Source of the DNA: Acidobacteriota bacterium | GTDB taxonomy: Bacteria; Acidobacteriota; UBA890; WLXD01 | Reading direction: 5' to 3' | NCBI GenBank assembly: GCA_963666215.2 | Contig: CAXWPL010000005.1 | Coordinates: forward strand, 1,344,001 to 1,408,000 | Length of the DNA stretch: 64,000 bases | Part shown: positions 1 to 9,401 of the stretch, one piece after another | How the letters are laid out: the number at the start of each line of letters is the position of its first letter | How positions within the stretch are numbered: position 1 is the first letter of the stretch | Translations under genes and position numbers: made by a program | Notes under the pieces: model-generated | What the model was told of the DNA's origin: nothing | What the model saw: only the letters and a program-made list of their open reading frames with translations | Databases searched by the model: none

Positions 1-117
1 TCGCTGTCCGAAAATACCATCCAACAACAACGCTACGATTGCGCGAAATCTCGCTGCGAGCGTCGTGCTAGGGGCGATCTACTACCTGCTCACTAAAGGT
101 CAAGGAATTGTGGGCCG

Positions 118-663
118 TTGATGAAGACAGCTTGGTATCTATCGCTACTCCTTGCATGTGCCATACCTGGCTGGGCGATCCCACCCTTGGTCTCCGGCGA
201 TGTCCCTACAGCCGATCGAGGCACATACCTTGGGTTCAAGGGGTCGTCGCAACGTTGCCTTGGTGAGCAGAGTGTACAAGCTCATCGAAGACTTCGGCAG
301 GGGTTCTCCAGCCGAGGGTCTTGCGGGGTCGGCCGTTGAGGGCGAGCGCGACCCTCGAGGTGAAGCTACCGACCGGCTATTCCGATCGGGGCTGGGGTGC
401 TGGTGCGGTCAATGTGGATCTGCGTCTCAGGGGAGGATGGGAGTTCGGTCGCGAAGTCTTCTATCTGAACCTTGGGCACACATGGATCGGGGAGGATGAA
501 GAGCCTAAGAAGAACACCTGGTTCTATGCGGCTGTGTGGGACCATCCTGTAGGGGAAAGGTTGCGGTTGTTGACCGAGCTTTACTGGGAGACCGCCAAGC
601 TCGGTGCTCCAGACAGGCTGGCGGCATCGGTTGGAGTCAAGTGGCGCTTCCCTCAGCGCCAAC
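118..663 (+). pseudogene. Secreted/outer-membrane beta-barrel protein (transporter/MetA-like), disrupted by an IS30 end and truncated by IS6
   Basis: Signal peptide and PPLVSGDVPTAD N-terminus at 118-228. Resumes at ~348 (ATLEVKLPTG...YLNLGHTW...VGVKWRF) with amphipathic beta strands. Confidence 0.55.
229..353 (-). mobile_element. IS30-family right-end fragment
   Basis: Near-identical to 63831-63955. Minus strand encodes [18 protein letters not shown]...TTP*, an IS30 transposase C-terminus. Confidence 0.8.
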
Positions 664-1468
664 GGCATTGTCAAGTTGAGGCGGTCGTGGTCAGACTGGA
701 CCGATGAAGAGCGACAAACCCAGCTACTGCGGACACCGGTTCCCGCCGGAGCTCATCACTCATGCCGTGTGGCTCTACTACCGATTCTGTCTGAGCTTCC
801 GAGATGTCGAGGATCTCATGGCGGAGCGCGGGATCACCGTCTCCTACGAGACGATCCGCCAGTGGTGCTGGAAGTTCGGTACCGAGTACGCCAGAAAGCT
901 GAAGCGGAGAGAAGGGCGATTAGGTGACACTTGGTTCCTGGACGAGCTCTTCGTAACCATTCAGGGCAAGAGGCAGTATCTCTGGCGTGCCATCGATCAG
1001 GACGGAGATGTGATCGACATCCTCGTGCAGCCACGCCGTGATCGAAAAGCAGCGGAACGCTTCTTCCGCAAGCTCTTGAAGGGCCAAGGGGCAGAACCGG
1101 TGCTCCTGGTGACCGACAAGCTGAGGAGTTATGGCGCAGCGCATCGGACCACCATGCCCTCCGTCAGGCACGATACGAGCCAGTACGCGAACAATCGGGC
1201 TGAGGTCTCCCATCAGCCGACCCGGCAGCGAGAGCGACAGATGCGCCGCTTCAAGTCGCCCGGCCAGGCGCAACGATTCCTCTCCGCTCACGGAGTCATC
1301 CAGAACCTTTTCCGCGTCGGGCGGCACCTCGTGAGCGCAGGCGACCACCGTACGCTGAGAGATCGTTCTTTCGGCGTCTGGCGTCGGGTGACGTGTGCCT
1401 GCTGAATCCGAGCTGGCACCTTCGACAGCGCCACATCTCACTTCAAACGAAGACAACTTGACAGTACC
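664..1468 (+). mobile_element. IS6-family insertion sequence, complete
   Basis: IRs GGCATTGTCAAGTTG (664) and CAACTTGACAGTACC (1454-1468) flank an intact transposase. Confidence 0.92.
704..1405 (+). CDS. IS6-family transposase
   Basis: GHRFPPELI..AVWLY, WFLDE..V.I.G..YLWRAID, VTDKLRSY, NNRAE.SH motifs. Confidence 0.95.
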   Translation: MKSDKPSYCGHRFPPELITHAVWLYYRFCLSFRDVEDLMAERGITVSYETIRQWCWKFGTEYARKLKRREGRLGDTWFLDELFVTIQGKRQYLWRAIDQDGDVIDILVQPRRDRKAAERFFRKLLKGQGAEPVLLVTDKLRSYGAAHRTTMPSVRHDTSQYANNRAEVSHQPTRQRERQMRRFKSPGQAQRFLSAHGVIQNLFRVGRHLVSAGDHRTLRDRSFGVWRRVTCAC

Positions 1469-1574
1469 GTTGACATGAGAGAACTCTTAGGCACGGGTAC
1501 CGCTGCTGCCGGTGTCGCTGACGATCGAAGTCGGTAGCTCCTAGAAGGCAAGCCTGCGGAGGCTGAAGAGGAGC

Positions 1575-1645
1575 TGGGTCCGTCGGCAGCCTTCCGCCAC
1601 CCGTAACGGTGATGGAGTCCCCCGAGACGAGGCATTGCCACGGTC
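1575..1645 (-). pseudogene. C-terminal remnant of an rve (IS481-like) transposase
   Basis: MPRLGGLHHRYGWRKAA matches the C-terminus of 52210-53265 (MPRVGGLHHRYEWREAA). Confidence 0.7.
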
Positions 1646-1678
1646 TTCGCGGTCGGCGACGGCGCCTGTCCCTCTTCA

Positions 1679-2192
1679 TGTCAACGGCGCTTAGGAAACG
1701 CGTTTATGTAGAGCTCGACATAACGCGCGATTTCTCGTCGCCGTTCACAGCGTTGCTGTGGGTCTTTGGGGCACTTTCGTCGCAGCAGCTCTACGGCCAC
1801 TTCGAGATCGCGGGCGCCTCGGTGACCGGCTCTGAGGAAGCACGCCACAATCCATACACTTAAATATGTCGGCGTTCTTGATGCCCACATGGAAGTCCAT
1901 TGCATCTACTGCGGGCAGGCGATCAGCGGACCTCGAGCTTACCTGCGGCATCTATGCCGGGACTGCAGTCAGAGAGAACGATACGAGCTAGCCTCCCCAG
2001 GTCCAGGCTTCCGAGACGAGTGCCACCTCTTCTGCCGAAAATGTGGCGTGCGCTTAGGCCGGGACGGGGGTGGAAAGGAGCGACAGGCTCCTTCAGCTGT
2101 CTGCTCTGAGTGCCGGAGGCTGTCAGGCCTGCTCGCCTAGGCCGAGCGCCCCGCACTTTGGAGGCGACTGTCAACGGCGTTTAGGAAGCGCG
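1679..2192 (+). repeat. 24-bp direct repeat pair (1679-1702 and 2169-2192)
   Basis: TGTCAACGGCGCTTAGGAAACGCG vs TGTCAACGGCGTTTAGGAAGCGCG, 22/24 identical. Confidence 0.75.
1889..2140 (+). CDS. Small multi-CxxC zinc-ribbon protein (83 aa), paralog A
   Basis: Four CxxC pairs; an equal-length paralog lies at 3509-3760. Confidence 0.7.
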   Translation: MEVHCIYCGQAISGPRAYLRHLCRDCSQRERYELASPGPGFRDECHLFCRKCGVRLGRDGGGKERQAPSAVCSECRRLSGLLA

Positions 2193-2348
2193 CTTTCTGA
2201 CCGCCGATAACAGGCGACCGGCTCCCCGATGCCCGAGGGCTGTCCCCACACTTACTTCGGCCGGATGGAGCCTCCCGTTCTCGGTCCGGGCCTGGACGAG
2301 GGGGTAGACTGACCCTCCCTCGCTGACACCCTTGAAAGGAGCATTCCT

Positions 2349-2957
2349 ATGCAGCTCTACACGCTGGTGCACATCTGCTGGGGCCTGCGCCGTTGGCAGG
2401 TCGCAGCCGAAGATCCAAGGGCCGCCGTTGACTGCTGGAAGACCGGAATGGAGAGCCTGGTGCCTTCTGATGATCGACCACCGCTACCTATCGACCTGAG
2501 CGCTCTGCAGCGGGATGAGACCGCCGCATACTGCTGGAAACTCGGGTGGCAAGAGAGGCACTTCTCTGCGAGCAGTCTGCCCGGTGGGCGAGCCGACTTT
2601 GGGCAGGAGGCTCTGGTATGGGTGATCCCGACGCTTCCGACGATCGAAGTAGTCAGCAGCACCAGCGCGGCGGTGTACGTTGAGTGGTCAGCTAGCCACT
2701 ATGAGCATCGGGCAGTTGTAGTCAGGTCGGAGATGTCGATCGAGGAGAGAAGAGAGGCCTACGCGATCCACTCTTCCAGCGGGCTAGGGTTGCTTCTGGC
2801 TACGTCACCATCGTTTGTCTGTGGCCTCTGCAATGGTTCGGGGCGACGGTCGAGTCCATCGGCGCCTTGCTTGTGCCAAGGCGGCAGGGTTCTGACGTTA
2901 CATGGCAGGGTCGCCATCATCCCGGGCAGTACACGCAAACCGCCCTCGTGGGCCTAG
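2349..2957 (+). CDS. Hypothetical protein with a C-terminal CxxCxGxG zinc finger
   Basis: SD AAGGAG upstream; CGLCNGSG...CLCQGGR motif. Confidence 0.5.
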   Translation: MQLYTLVHICWGLRRWQVAAEDPRAAVDCWKTGMESLVPSDDRPPLPIDLSALQRDETAAYCWKLGWQERHFSASSLPGGRADFGQEALVWVIPTLPTIEVVSSTSAAVYVEWSASHYEHRAVVVRSEMSIEERREAYAIHSSSGLGLLLATSPSFVCGLCNGSGRRSSPSAPCLCQGGRVLTLHGRVAIIPGSTRKPPSWA

Positions 2958-3508
2958 CCGCACCGATCCGCGCATCCGTTCGATATAGTGACCGGATTTC
3001 CGCAAGAATTAAGTACTGGTACTCAAACTTTAAGATCGCCGGCATTCGCCCAAGGGGGTGACCCACCCGGCGATCGCCCGCGCCCCGCGAGGAGTCCACT
3101 TCGCCGGGATGCGGCTCCACGAATCCCCTGCTTGGATGGCCCCCTGAGTCCTCCTCCGCTTCAGTGGAACGTGTCTCGCACCGACTGCAGTCCTGAATAG
3201 CGAGACCTCGCGGAGATCGTTGGTACTCGCCAGCTCAAGGTCCGGGACTGGTAGTTGAACTCAACGCCGAGGAACGATCCGGTCCGCTCGAGAAAGTGGG
3301 GTCGAGCGCTTGGGCGCCTTTGTTCCGCTCGACAACTTCTACGAGTCCATCACTTTCGTCGAGGGATTGTGGTCCTCGAAACCACTGGCGCTTACTCGTC
3401 GCGTCAAGGCTTCGCCGAAGACATAGCCGGTCCCTGCGCCCCCAGAAGGTGGCTGCGTGCCTAGGAAGACAGGAAGAATTAAGTAGTCCGCGGCCCAGGG
3501 TGGTCTTT

Positions 3509-3760
3509 GTGAAAGACCACTGCCCGAGTTGCGGCCTGCCGATCGACGGTCCCCGCGCATACCTTCGGCATCTCTGTAGGTCCTGCAGCCGCAGAGAGCG
3601 CTACCAGCTGACGTCATGCGGCCTTAACCTGCTCGGCGAGCACTATCTCTTCTTCTGGAGGTGTGGGACGAGGCTTTGCGCCAAGGGAGCCGCGACTGCG
3701 TCGCGACCGAGCTCTGCAGTTTGCCCGGAGTGTCGAACGCTCTTCGGCCCGCTAACCTGA
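3509..3760 (+). CDS. Small multi-CxxC zinc-ribbon protein (83 aa), paralog B
   Basis: GTG at 3509 aligns with the ATG at 1889. Shares GPRAYLRHLCR.CS.RERY.L and SAVC.ECR.L. Confidence 0.68.
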   Translation: MKDHCPSCGLPIDGPRAYLRHLCRSCSRRERYQLTSCGLNLLGEHYLFFWRCGTRLCAKGAATASRPSSAVCPECRTLFGPLT

Positions 3761-4050
3761 AGGGCCCCTCGTGGCAATCGGCATGCGGTATCGAAAGATT
3801 CAAATAGTCGACTGATCTCAGCAACTGTAAGAAGGGTGTGCGCCACAGTGCTGCCCGGCATCCACACACCTGGCTGGCGCCGGCCTCCCGCCCTTCCCTT
3901 GAACGATTGAAGTGGCCGATGCCCACCGAATCTGCGGAAACAGTCTAGTGCCCGGACGGGGCATTCGACCCTTTTCGCAGATCGGCGGGGACAACGGCAG
4001 GCAAATCAGGCGAGCACCCATAAGGGGCCAGCGCCCACTCCCAGTGAAGC

Positions 4051-5247
4051 ATGAAACGAGATCCCTATAATCACAAGCGTCGCTACCTGGCTTGGAAGAT
4101 GTCGACAAGAGAGGGCATCCCAGATCTCACAGTGGCGGATTCTCGCCTGGTTCTGAACTTCATCGGAGACATGGAAGTGGGCAGAAACATCGGGCGGGGA
4201 ACGAAGAAAGGGCCGAGAGGCTATGCCCGCCTCAACAACCTTCGGCACCGACTCGTCTTCTTAGCGAAGCAGGCTGAGGCTAGGTACCTACTAGGCGGGA
4301 TGACTGAGGTCAATGATGAGCAAATTCACGACCTGTTCGGGAGCATGCGTAGCGGAGCTCTCCCGCGTCGAGATGGCCGTCCCTACCGATCTACTGGGGA
4401 CTACGTGAAGGTCTTCAAGGCGTTCTGGCACTGGCACATGAAGGTGCAACGAAAGCGGGGTGTAGAGATCCCCGACATCTGCCTGGATCTGGACCCGCGG
4501 ACCGAGAAGCCCCCTTGGGTCTATCTGACGTACGAGCAAGTCCAGTTGCTCAGCCAGCACGCGAAACATCGATATCGCGTACTAATGCTCTTCCTGTTCG
4601 ATTCGGGCATCCGGAGCCCCACCGAGCTAGTGAACGTCCGCGTCAACGATCTTTCACACGACTGTTCGAAACTTCAGATCCGGGAGGAGACGAGTAAGAC
4701 GTTCGGCCGGAGAATCAATCTGCTCCTCTGTAGAGACCTCCTGAGGAGCCATATCAACAGTCACCAATTGTGTGGCGACGACTACGTCTTCCCGATCAAT
4801 CCCACCGTCGTCAACCGTTACTTCAAAGACCTCGCACGACGAGTGCTGGGGGATGGGCGAAGCCCTGGAGGGTCATGTTTTCCCAGGCTCACGCTCTACG
4901 ACTTCCGGCACTCGGCGGCCTGCTATTGGCTGGCTCGCTACAAGTCCGAGTCAGCCTTGAAGTTTCGCTTCGGCTGGAAGCGCGGCAGCATGATCGAGTA
5001 CTACACGCACTTCCTCGGCATGACGGACACAATCACGGAGGACGATCTCCACATCGGTGAAGAGCGAACGGAGATGGAGAAACGCCTGGCCGACGCCGAA
5101 AGCTGCAGGACCCTCCTAGAGGAACGACTGGAGGCCATGGAGGGGCAGATGAAGCGGATGCTCTTGGTTGTCAGGAAGGTCTCGGACGGGGCGGACCTCC
5201 CTCTTTCAGTGGAGGCTGCTTTGCCTCACCGCAGCTCTCCTTCCTGA
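4051..5247 (+). CDS. Tyrosine recombinase/integrase with a C-terminal coiled coil
   Basis: LFDSGIRSPTEL (R), SKTFGR (K), YDFRHS (HxxR variant), FGW, EYY (catalytic Tyr). Confidence 0.88.
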   Translation: MKRDPYNHKRRYLAWKMSTREGIPDLTVADSRLVLNFIGDMEVGRNIGRGTKKGPRGYARLNNLRHRLVFLAKQAEARYLLGGMTEVNDEQIHDLFGSMRSGALPRRDGRPYRSTGDYVKVFKAFWHWHMKVQRKRGVEIPDICLDLDPRTEKPPWVYLTYEQVQLLSQHAKHRYRVLMLFLFDSGIRSPTELVNVRVNDLSHDCSKLQIREETSKTFGRRINLLLCRDLLRSHINSHQLCGDDYVFPINPTVVNRYFKDLARRVLGDGRSPGGSCFPRLTLYDFRHSAACYWLARYKSESALKFRFGWKRGSMIEYYTHFLGMTDTITEDDLHIGEERTEMEKRLADAESCRTLLEERLEAMEGQMKRMLLVVRKVSDGADLPLSVEAALPHRSSPS

Positions 5248-5373
5248 GGCGAACGACCTTCTTCTCGAGTAGCGCTAGTTCGCGCAGAATCAGTTCTCCT
5301 AAGTCTCCGCGAGAGGCGCCTGATTGCGTATCTGGGGGCACGTTCGCCGGCGACCGGTTCTGTTGGCGAAGGC

Positions 5374-5559
5374 TCACGGGATCCTCGGTGGCATGGACGG
5401 CGTGTCTTCGAAGTGCCGGACGAGACAGGCCTCCGAACATAGGACAATCGGCTTATCCAGAGGCACAAAGCCCCGGGGGCCGAGAACGCCGTGCTGGCCG
5501 ACGACGACGTCGTCGCCTAGTTCTATCTTTGCTCTGCAATAGGTACATCTGCTTGCCAT
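5374..5559 (-). CDS. Small zinc-binding protein (CxxC...CSxxC, TRASH/MYM-like)
   Basis: RCTYC...LCSEACL motif in a 61-aa ORF. Confidence 0.6.
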   Translation of the reverse strand: MASRCTYCRAKIELGDDVVVGQHGVLGPRGFVPLDKPIVLCSEACLVRHFEDTPSMPPRIP

Positions 5560-5818
5560 GGTGCTCGTCAGTTCGCCGTTTCCTAAGTACCTTGAACTGA
5601 GGCCCCGGCTGCAGATGACCGCTGCCTGAAGAACGAGGGCTCGGCTCGGCCCAAGGGCCTGTTACCACTGCGAAGGAGAAACACTTAAGTACTCGCCCCC
5701 ACTCCCGTTGTCTACCGGCGAATCGGTTGAACCCTCAAGAGAGTGACGCGGCTGGAGAGGCCTCATGGGCTTTTTGCAGACGAACGTCCGACATCCAGCC
5801 AGAATCCGCCGGCTGACG

Positions 5819-6383
5819 ATGAAAGCCAACCTTGCTAGCGATAGCTCTCCTCCTACTGAACGCGCTCAATTGGTGGAGGACGCGCTAGGCCAGCTGGCAG
5901 ACCCCCTCACTGTGAAGCAGTTGAGTCGGAGACTGTCGCTGTCGCTCGACGAGAGTGGATCAGCGGTGCGAACGCTACGCCGGCGGGGGTTGGTTCGTTG
6001 CCTCAACCCTGAAGCTCGGCGAAGCCGCGTTTACCGGAGGTGCTCCCTAGAACATCCCGAGCGTGAGACTGCAGTGGCCCAGGATTGGGGGCTCTACGGT
6101 TGGGTCTGTTTCAGTCACCGCGCCGCAGTTCTGAAGGCTCTTGATCAGCCGAGACGGCCCGCCGACATCAAACGTCGAGCGCGCTTCTTGGACCCCGAGT
6201 ATTCGAATGAGCGCCAACAATGTTCGCGATGTCATCCGGCTATTCGTCGAGAAGGGCGTTGTTCGCCCTGTTCGGCAGCGGATGGAAGCTCATCCGCGAT
6301 ACGAGTTGACCGACATAGGCGCCCGACTCCAGCGACTGTTGCACGTTGCCGACGGCAGGAGGGATAGTGGATCGGCCGCCTAG
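5819..6383 (+). pseudogene. Tandem winged-helix DNA-binding protein, frameshifted near 6195
   Basis: Two wHTH-like repeats (PLTVKQLSRRL...GLVRCLN; IRMSANNVRDVIRLF.EKGVV..YELTDIG). An extra C in GACCCCGAG shifts the frame. Confidence 0.65.
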
Positions 6384-6792
6384 CCGTGGGCAGGGGCGGT
6401 CATCACCCTTGCGCCGCCTTGAGAGCCAAGCACGGCGTATCGCGTTCGAAGCACTCACTCAGCCGTGTGACGACGAGATCGCACTGGCGCTCGCCGCAGA
6501 GATCGGCTCCGCTCTCGAGAGGCTTGACAAGGAGAGGGCGCTCTTTCTCCACCTCCGGGATTCCATCGTGGCCGACGAGTGCATTGTAGGAAGCGACCTC
6601 GCGTTGATCCGTCAGATGTCTCCCCCCTTTTCCAAGGAAGAGCTGGCTTTGAAGAAGAGCCTACTCAGCCTTGCAAGTGAGCGACGTCGACTCGCACTTC
6701 AGGAAGCCGAGGCCCTGCAGCGGGATGGACTCGAACTCCTCTCGCTAGTTCAACGCTACAACCAGGTGGTTCCTCTTGATGAAGACCGATGA
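6346..6792 (+). CDS. Hypothetical helical/coiled-coil protein (start uncertain)
   Basis: Overlaps both neighbours in an apparent operon; leucine-rich heptads. Confidence 0.55.
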   Translation: MPTAGGIVDRPPSRGQGRSSPLRRLESQARRIAFEALTQPCDDEIALALAAEIGSALERLDKERALFLHLRDSIVADECIVGSDLALIRQMSPPFSKEELALKKSLLSLASERRRLALQEAEALQRDGLELLSLVQRYNQVVPLDEDR

Positions 6793-8731
6793 CTTGCTCA
6801 GAAAACTCGCACCGTTGGAGCCTCGTCGGGTGCCTCGATGGAGACGTGCACTGGACTTTGGAGACGCCAAGACAGTCTCCCTCTTGGAACGTCAGATTGC
6901 CTTCACCGCATATCGACGGCTAGGAGATCCCAGGAAACTCTTCCTGTCGCTGCCTTCGAAGAGAAAGATCGCTGGGCCGATCCGGCTCGGCATGGTCCGG
7001 TACGAAGAGCCCAAGTGGCCGGCCGGCCTCAGGGATTCAGAACTCCTTCAGAACGTAGCTATCTTCGGCCGGTCCGGCGCCGGCAAGACCAACGTCTGCT
7101 TTCATCTTCTCGAACAGCTGGCCCGGAACGAGATCCCGTTCGTCTTTCTGGACTGGAAGCGGACCGGCCGACACTTGATTCCGCTGCTGAAAGGGAAGGT
7201 GAACGTTTTTACTCCCGGTCGCAGCCTTGCGCCGTTCTCGTTCAATCCGCTGCTGCCTCCACCGGGCCTCGAATCCGAGGTCTACACGAACCTCGTAGTC
7301 GACGCGCTTGGTGACGCCTTCACTCTGGGGGACGGTGCTCGCAGCCTCCTGCAACGGGCTCTCCTCGACGAATTCAACGAGGAGAGAGAGCCAACTCTAA
7401 AGTCGCTGCAGGAGAGACTGCGCTCAATTCCCGATCGAGAGCGGGTGAGGGGGTGGAAGATCTCTGCGATGCGGGCTCTCGAAACTGCATCTCTCGCTGT
7501 GCCCAGCACGGACGGATTTACGCAGGCCCGAATGGTCGCGAACCTCCTAGAGAGTAGCTCCATCATCGAGCTCGACGCTCTGTCGGCGGCGAACAAGAGA
7601 TTCCTTCTGCCTCTGCTTTCGCTATGGATTTACCACGCGCGCCTCGCGGCTCCTGAGCGGGAAAAGCTCAAGCTTGTGTTGGTGGTGGAAGAAGCACACC
7701 ACGTTCTTCACCACCACCGAAACCAGCGCGAGTCTGTGATGGAGATGCTCCTCCGGCAATGCCGTGAGATTGGCATGGCGATGATCGTTGTCGATCAGCA
7801 CCCGCACCTCATGTCTAGTGCTGCACTCGGCAACACATACGCCAGCATCTGTCTCAACCTGAAGGACCCGAAAGACATGGCGAAAGCCGGGGCTCTTTCG
7901 TTGATGAGCCCGGACGACGCCAAGCACTTCAGCCGGTTTCCTGTTGGGCGCGGAGTTGTGAAGCTCCAGGACCGATGGCACGAGCCCTTTCTGGTCGACT
8001 TTCCGCTGGTTCCGATCAAGAAGGGGTCCGTCACCGATGAGAGGCTGAGGACCCATCTGCAGAGGAAGGAGGCGCTCTCGGCACCCGCATCCCCTCAGAA
8101 GTCTGCGAACGACGCTCTCGCGCGCTCTCTTGTGCCTGATGAGGCCTGCGAAGAGCTGTCTGCGCTTCTACTCTCTGACATCTATGCTTTTCCGAACGAC
8201 GGTGTTGATAGCCGATACAAGCGCCTCGGTGTGTCCGCCGACAAGGGGCATCGACTCAAGCAGAAGATGCTTGCGCTAGGTGTGATTGAAGAGCAAGAGG
8301 TCTCGGTGGGCTCGACCCGGCGGAAGGTGCTCCGGGCCAATTCGAAGTCCCGATGCTCGAACCGCAGCAAAGGCGAGAGGCCCGAGTCCATTGCCCACGA
8401 GTTCTGGAAGCGTCGCTACGCCGAACGGTTTCGTTGCGAAGGGTACGACGTTGCTCTCGAGGCTGAGCGCAACGAGGGGCGGATGGACGTGCTAGCGAGT
8501 CGGGACTCCGAGAGCGTTGCCATCGAGGTCGAGACTGGCTTGAGCGATGTCTTGCACAACGTCAGGCAAGACCTGCTCTTCGGCGTTTCCCGGGTGGTCG
8601 TCGTTGCCACCGCTGAGAAGGCGTGGGCGAGAGTCCAGCGACAGTTGGAAGGGGCGGGGCTCCTCTCGGGTCGTGTGGACTTGGTTCTTCAGGACGGAAT
8701 CGGAATGTTTGGCGGTCCACCAGACGGTTAG
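6776..8731 (+). CDS. HerA/VirB4-like ATPase (DUF87-type) fused to a C-terminal HTH and PD-(D/E)xK nuclease
   Basis: Walker A GRSGAGKT, FLDWK, Walker B VVEEAH, RQCREIG..DQHP. C-terminus ESIAHEFWK...MDVLA...VAIEVETG. Confidence 0.8.
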   Translation: MMKTDDLLRKLAPLEPRRVPRWRRALDFGDAKTVSLLERQIAFTAYRRLGDPRKLFLSLPSKRKIAGPIRLGMVRYEEPKWPAGLRDSELLQNVAIFGRSGAGKTNVCFHLLEQLARNEIPFVFLDWKRTGRHLIPLLKGKVNVFTPGRSLAPFSFNPLLPPPGLESEVYTNLVVDALGDAFTLGDGARSLLQRALLDEFNEEREPTLKSLQERLRSIPDRERVRGWKISAMRALETASLAVPSTDGFTQARMVANLLESSSIIELDALSAANKRFLLPLLSLWIYHARLAAPEREKLKLVLVVEEAHHVLHHHRNQRESVMEMLLRQCREIGMAMIVVDQHPHLMSSAALGNTYASICLNLKDPKDMAKAGALSLMSPDDAKHFSRFPVGRGVVKLQDRWHEPFLVDFPLVPIKKGSVTDERLRTHLQRKEALSAPASPQKSANDALARSLVPDEACEELSALLLSDIYAFPNDGVDSRYKRLGVSADKGHRLKQKMLALGVIEEQEVSVGSTRRKVLRANSKSRCSNRSKGERPESIAHEFWKRRYAERFRCEGYDVALEAERNEGRMDVLASRDSESVAIEVETGLSDVLHNVRQDLLFGVSRVVVVATAEKAWARVQRQLEGAGLLSGRVDLVLQDGIGMFGGPPDG

Positions 8732-8903
8732 TAATCATGAGTCCTTTCGCAATAACCGAATAGGAAGGGAGCCGACGATGTCGCACTTCTGCAGCAATGC
8801 TCCCCCTGAGCGGTAGACTCGGCCGGTCTTTCCGGAATCAACGGCTACCAGAGTTCGCAGCTAGGGTAAAGGCCTAGGCTCGCGGCGGCAGAGGGCTTGC
8901 AGA

Positions 8904-9170
8904 TTGGCGATCGAAACTGGCTGGGTCAAGCCTCCAAGCAGCGCCTCAGGCCTCGATCATCTAGGGGCCCAGGCGCCGTGCATCAACTTGTACGGACAGC
9001 TTCTTCCCGGCATCACAAATGTGACCGACCGGGTTCGCTACTACTCTCTGTACCCCTGGCTGATCTGGGCGATCGACAAAAGCGGTTCCGTATCGACCAA
9101 GCGCGAGTTCCGCCGGCTTTTTCGCCGAGCCGACTGCTTGCTGACTCTCATCGCGGAGGCGATTGCCGGC
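8904..9170 (+). pseudogene. Truncated N-terminus of a conserved hypothetical protein
   Basis: GLDHLG...LYGQLLPGITNVTDRVRYYSLYPW, followed by low-complexity sequence. Confidence 0.5.
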
Positions 9171-9401
9171 TCCACTGTTTCTTCGACTGCCTCAGACGCC
9201 GAAGCCGGCGACAATAGTGCTTCTTCCGAGCGGGGTGGACGGCTCGGAGGTGCCCCGTGTCGTTGTGCACCGAGTTGGTTCTAGCGTCCGCTTGGCCGAT
9301 TTTGGCGTGTCGGGGGACGAGTTTCCTTGGGCGAAGAATCACGTTCGGCAGCTCCGCTTGCCGAACTACCAGTTCCGGTCGTCGTTGCTTGGAGGCTGAA
9401 G

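Noticed and set aside
229-353. Group II intron or ncRNA repeat
   Set aside because: The minus strand translates to an IS30 transposase C-terminus.
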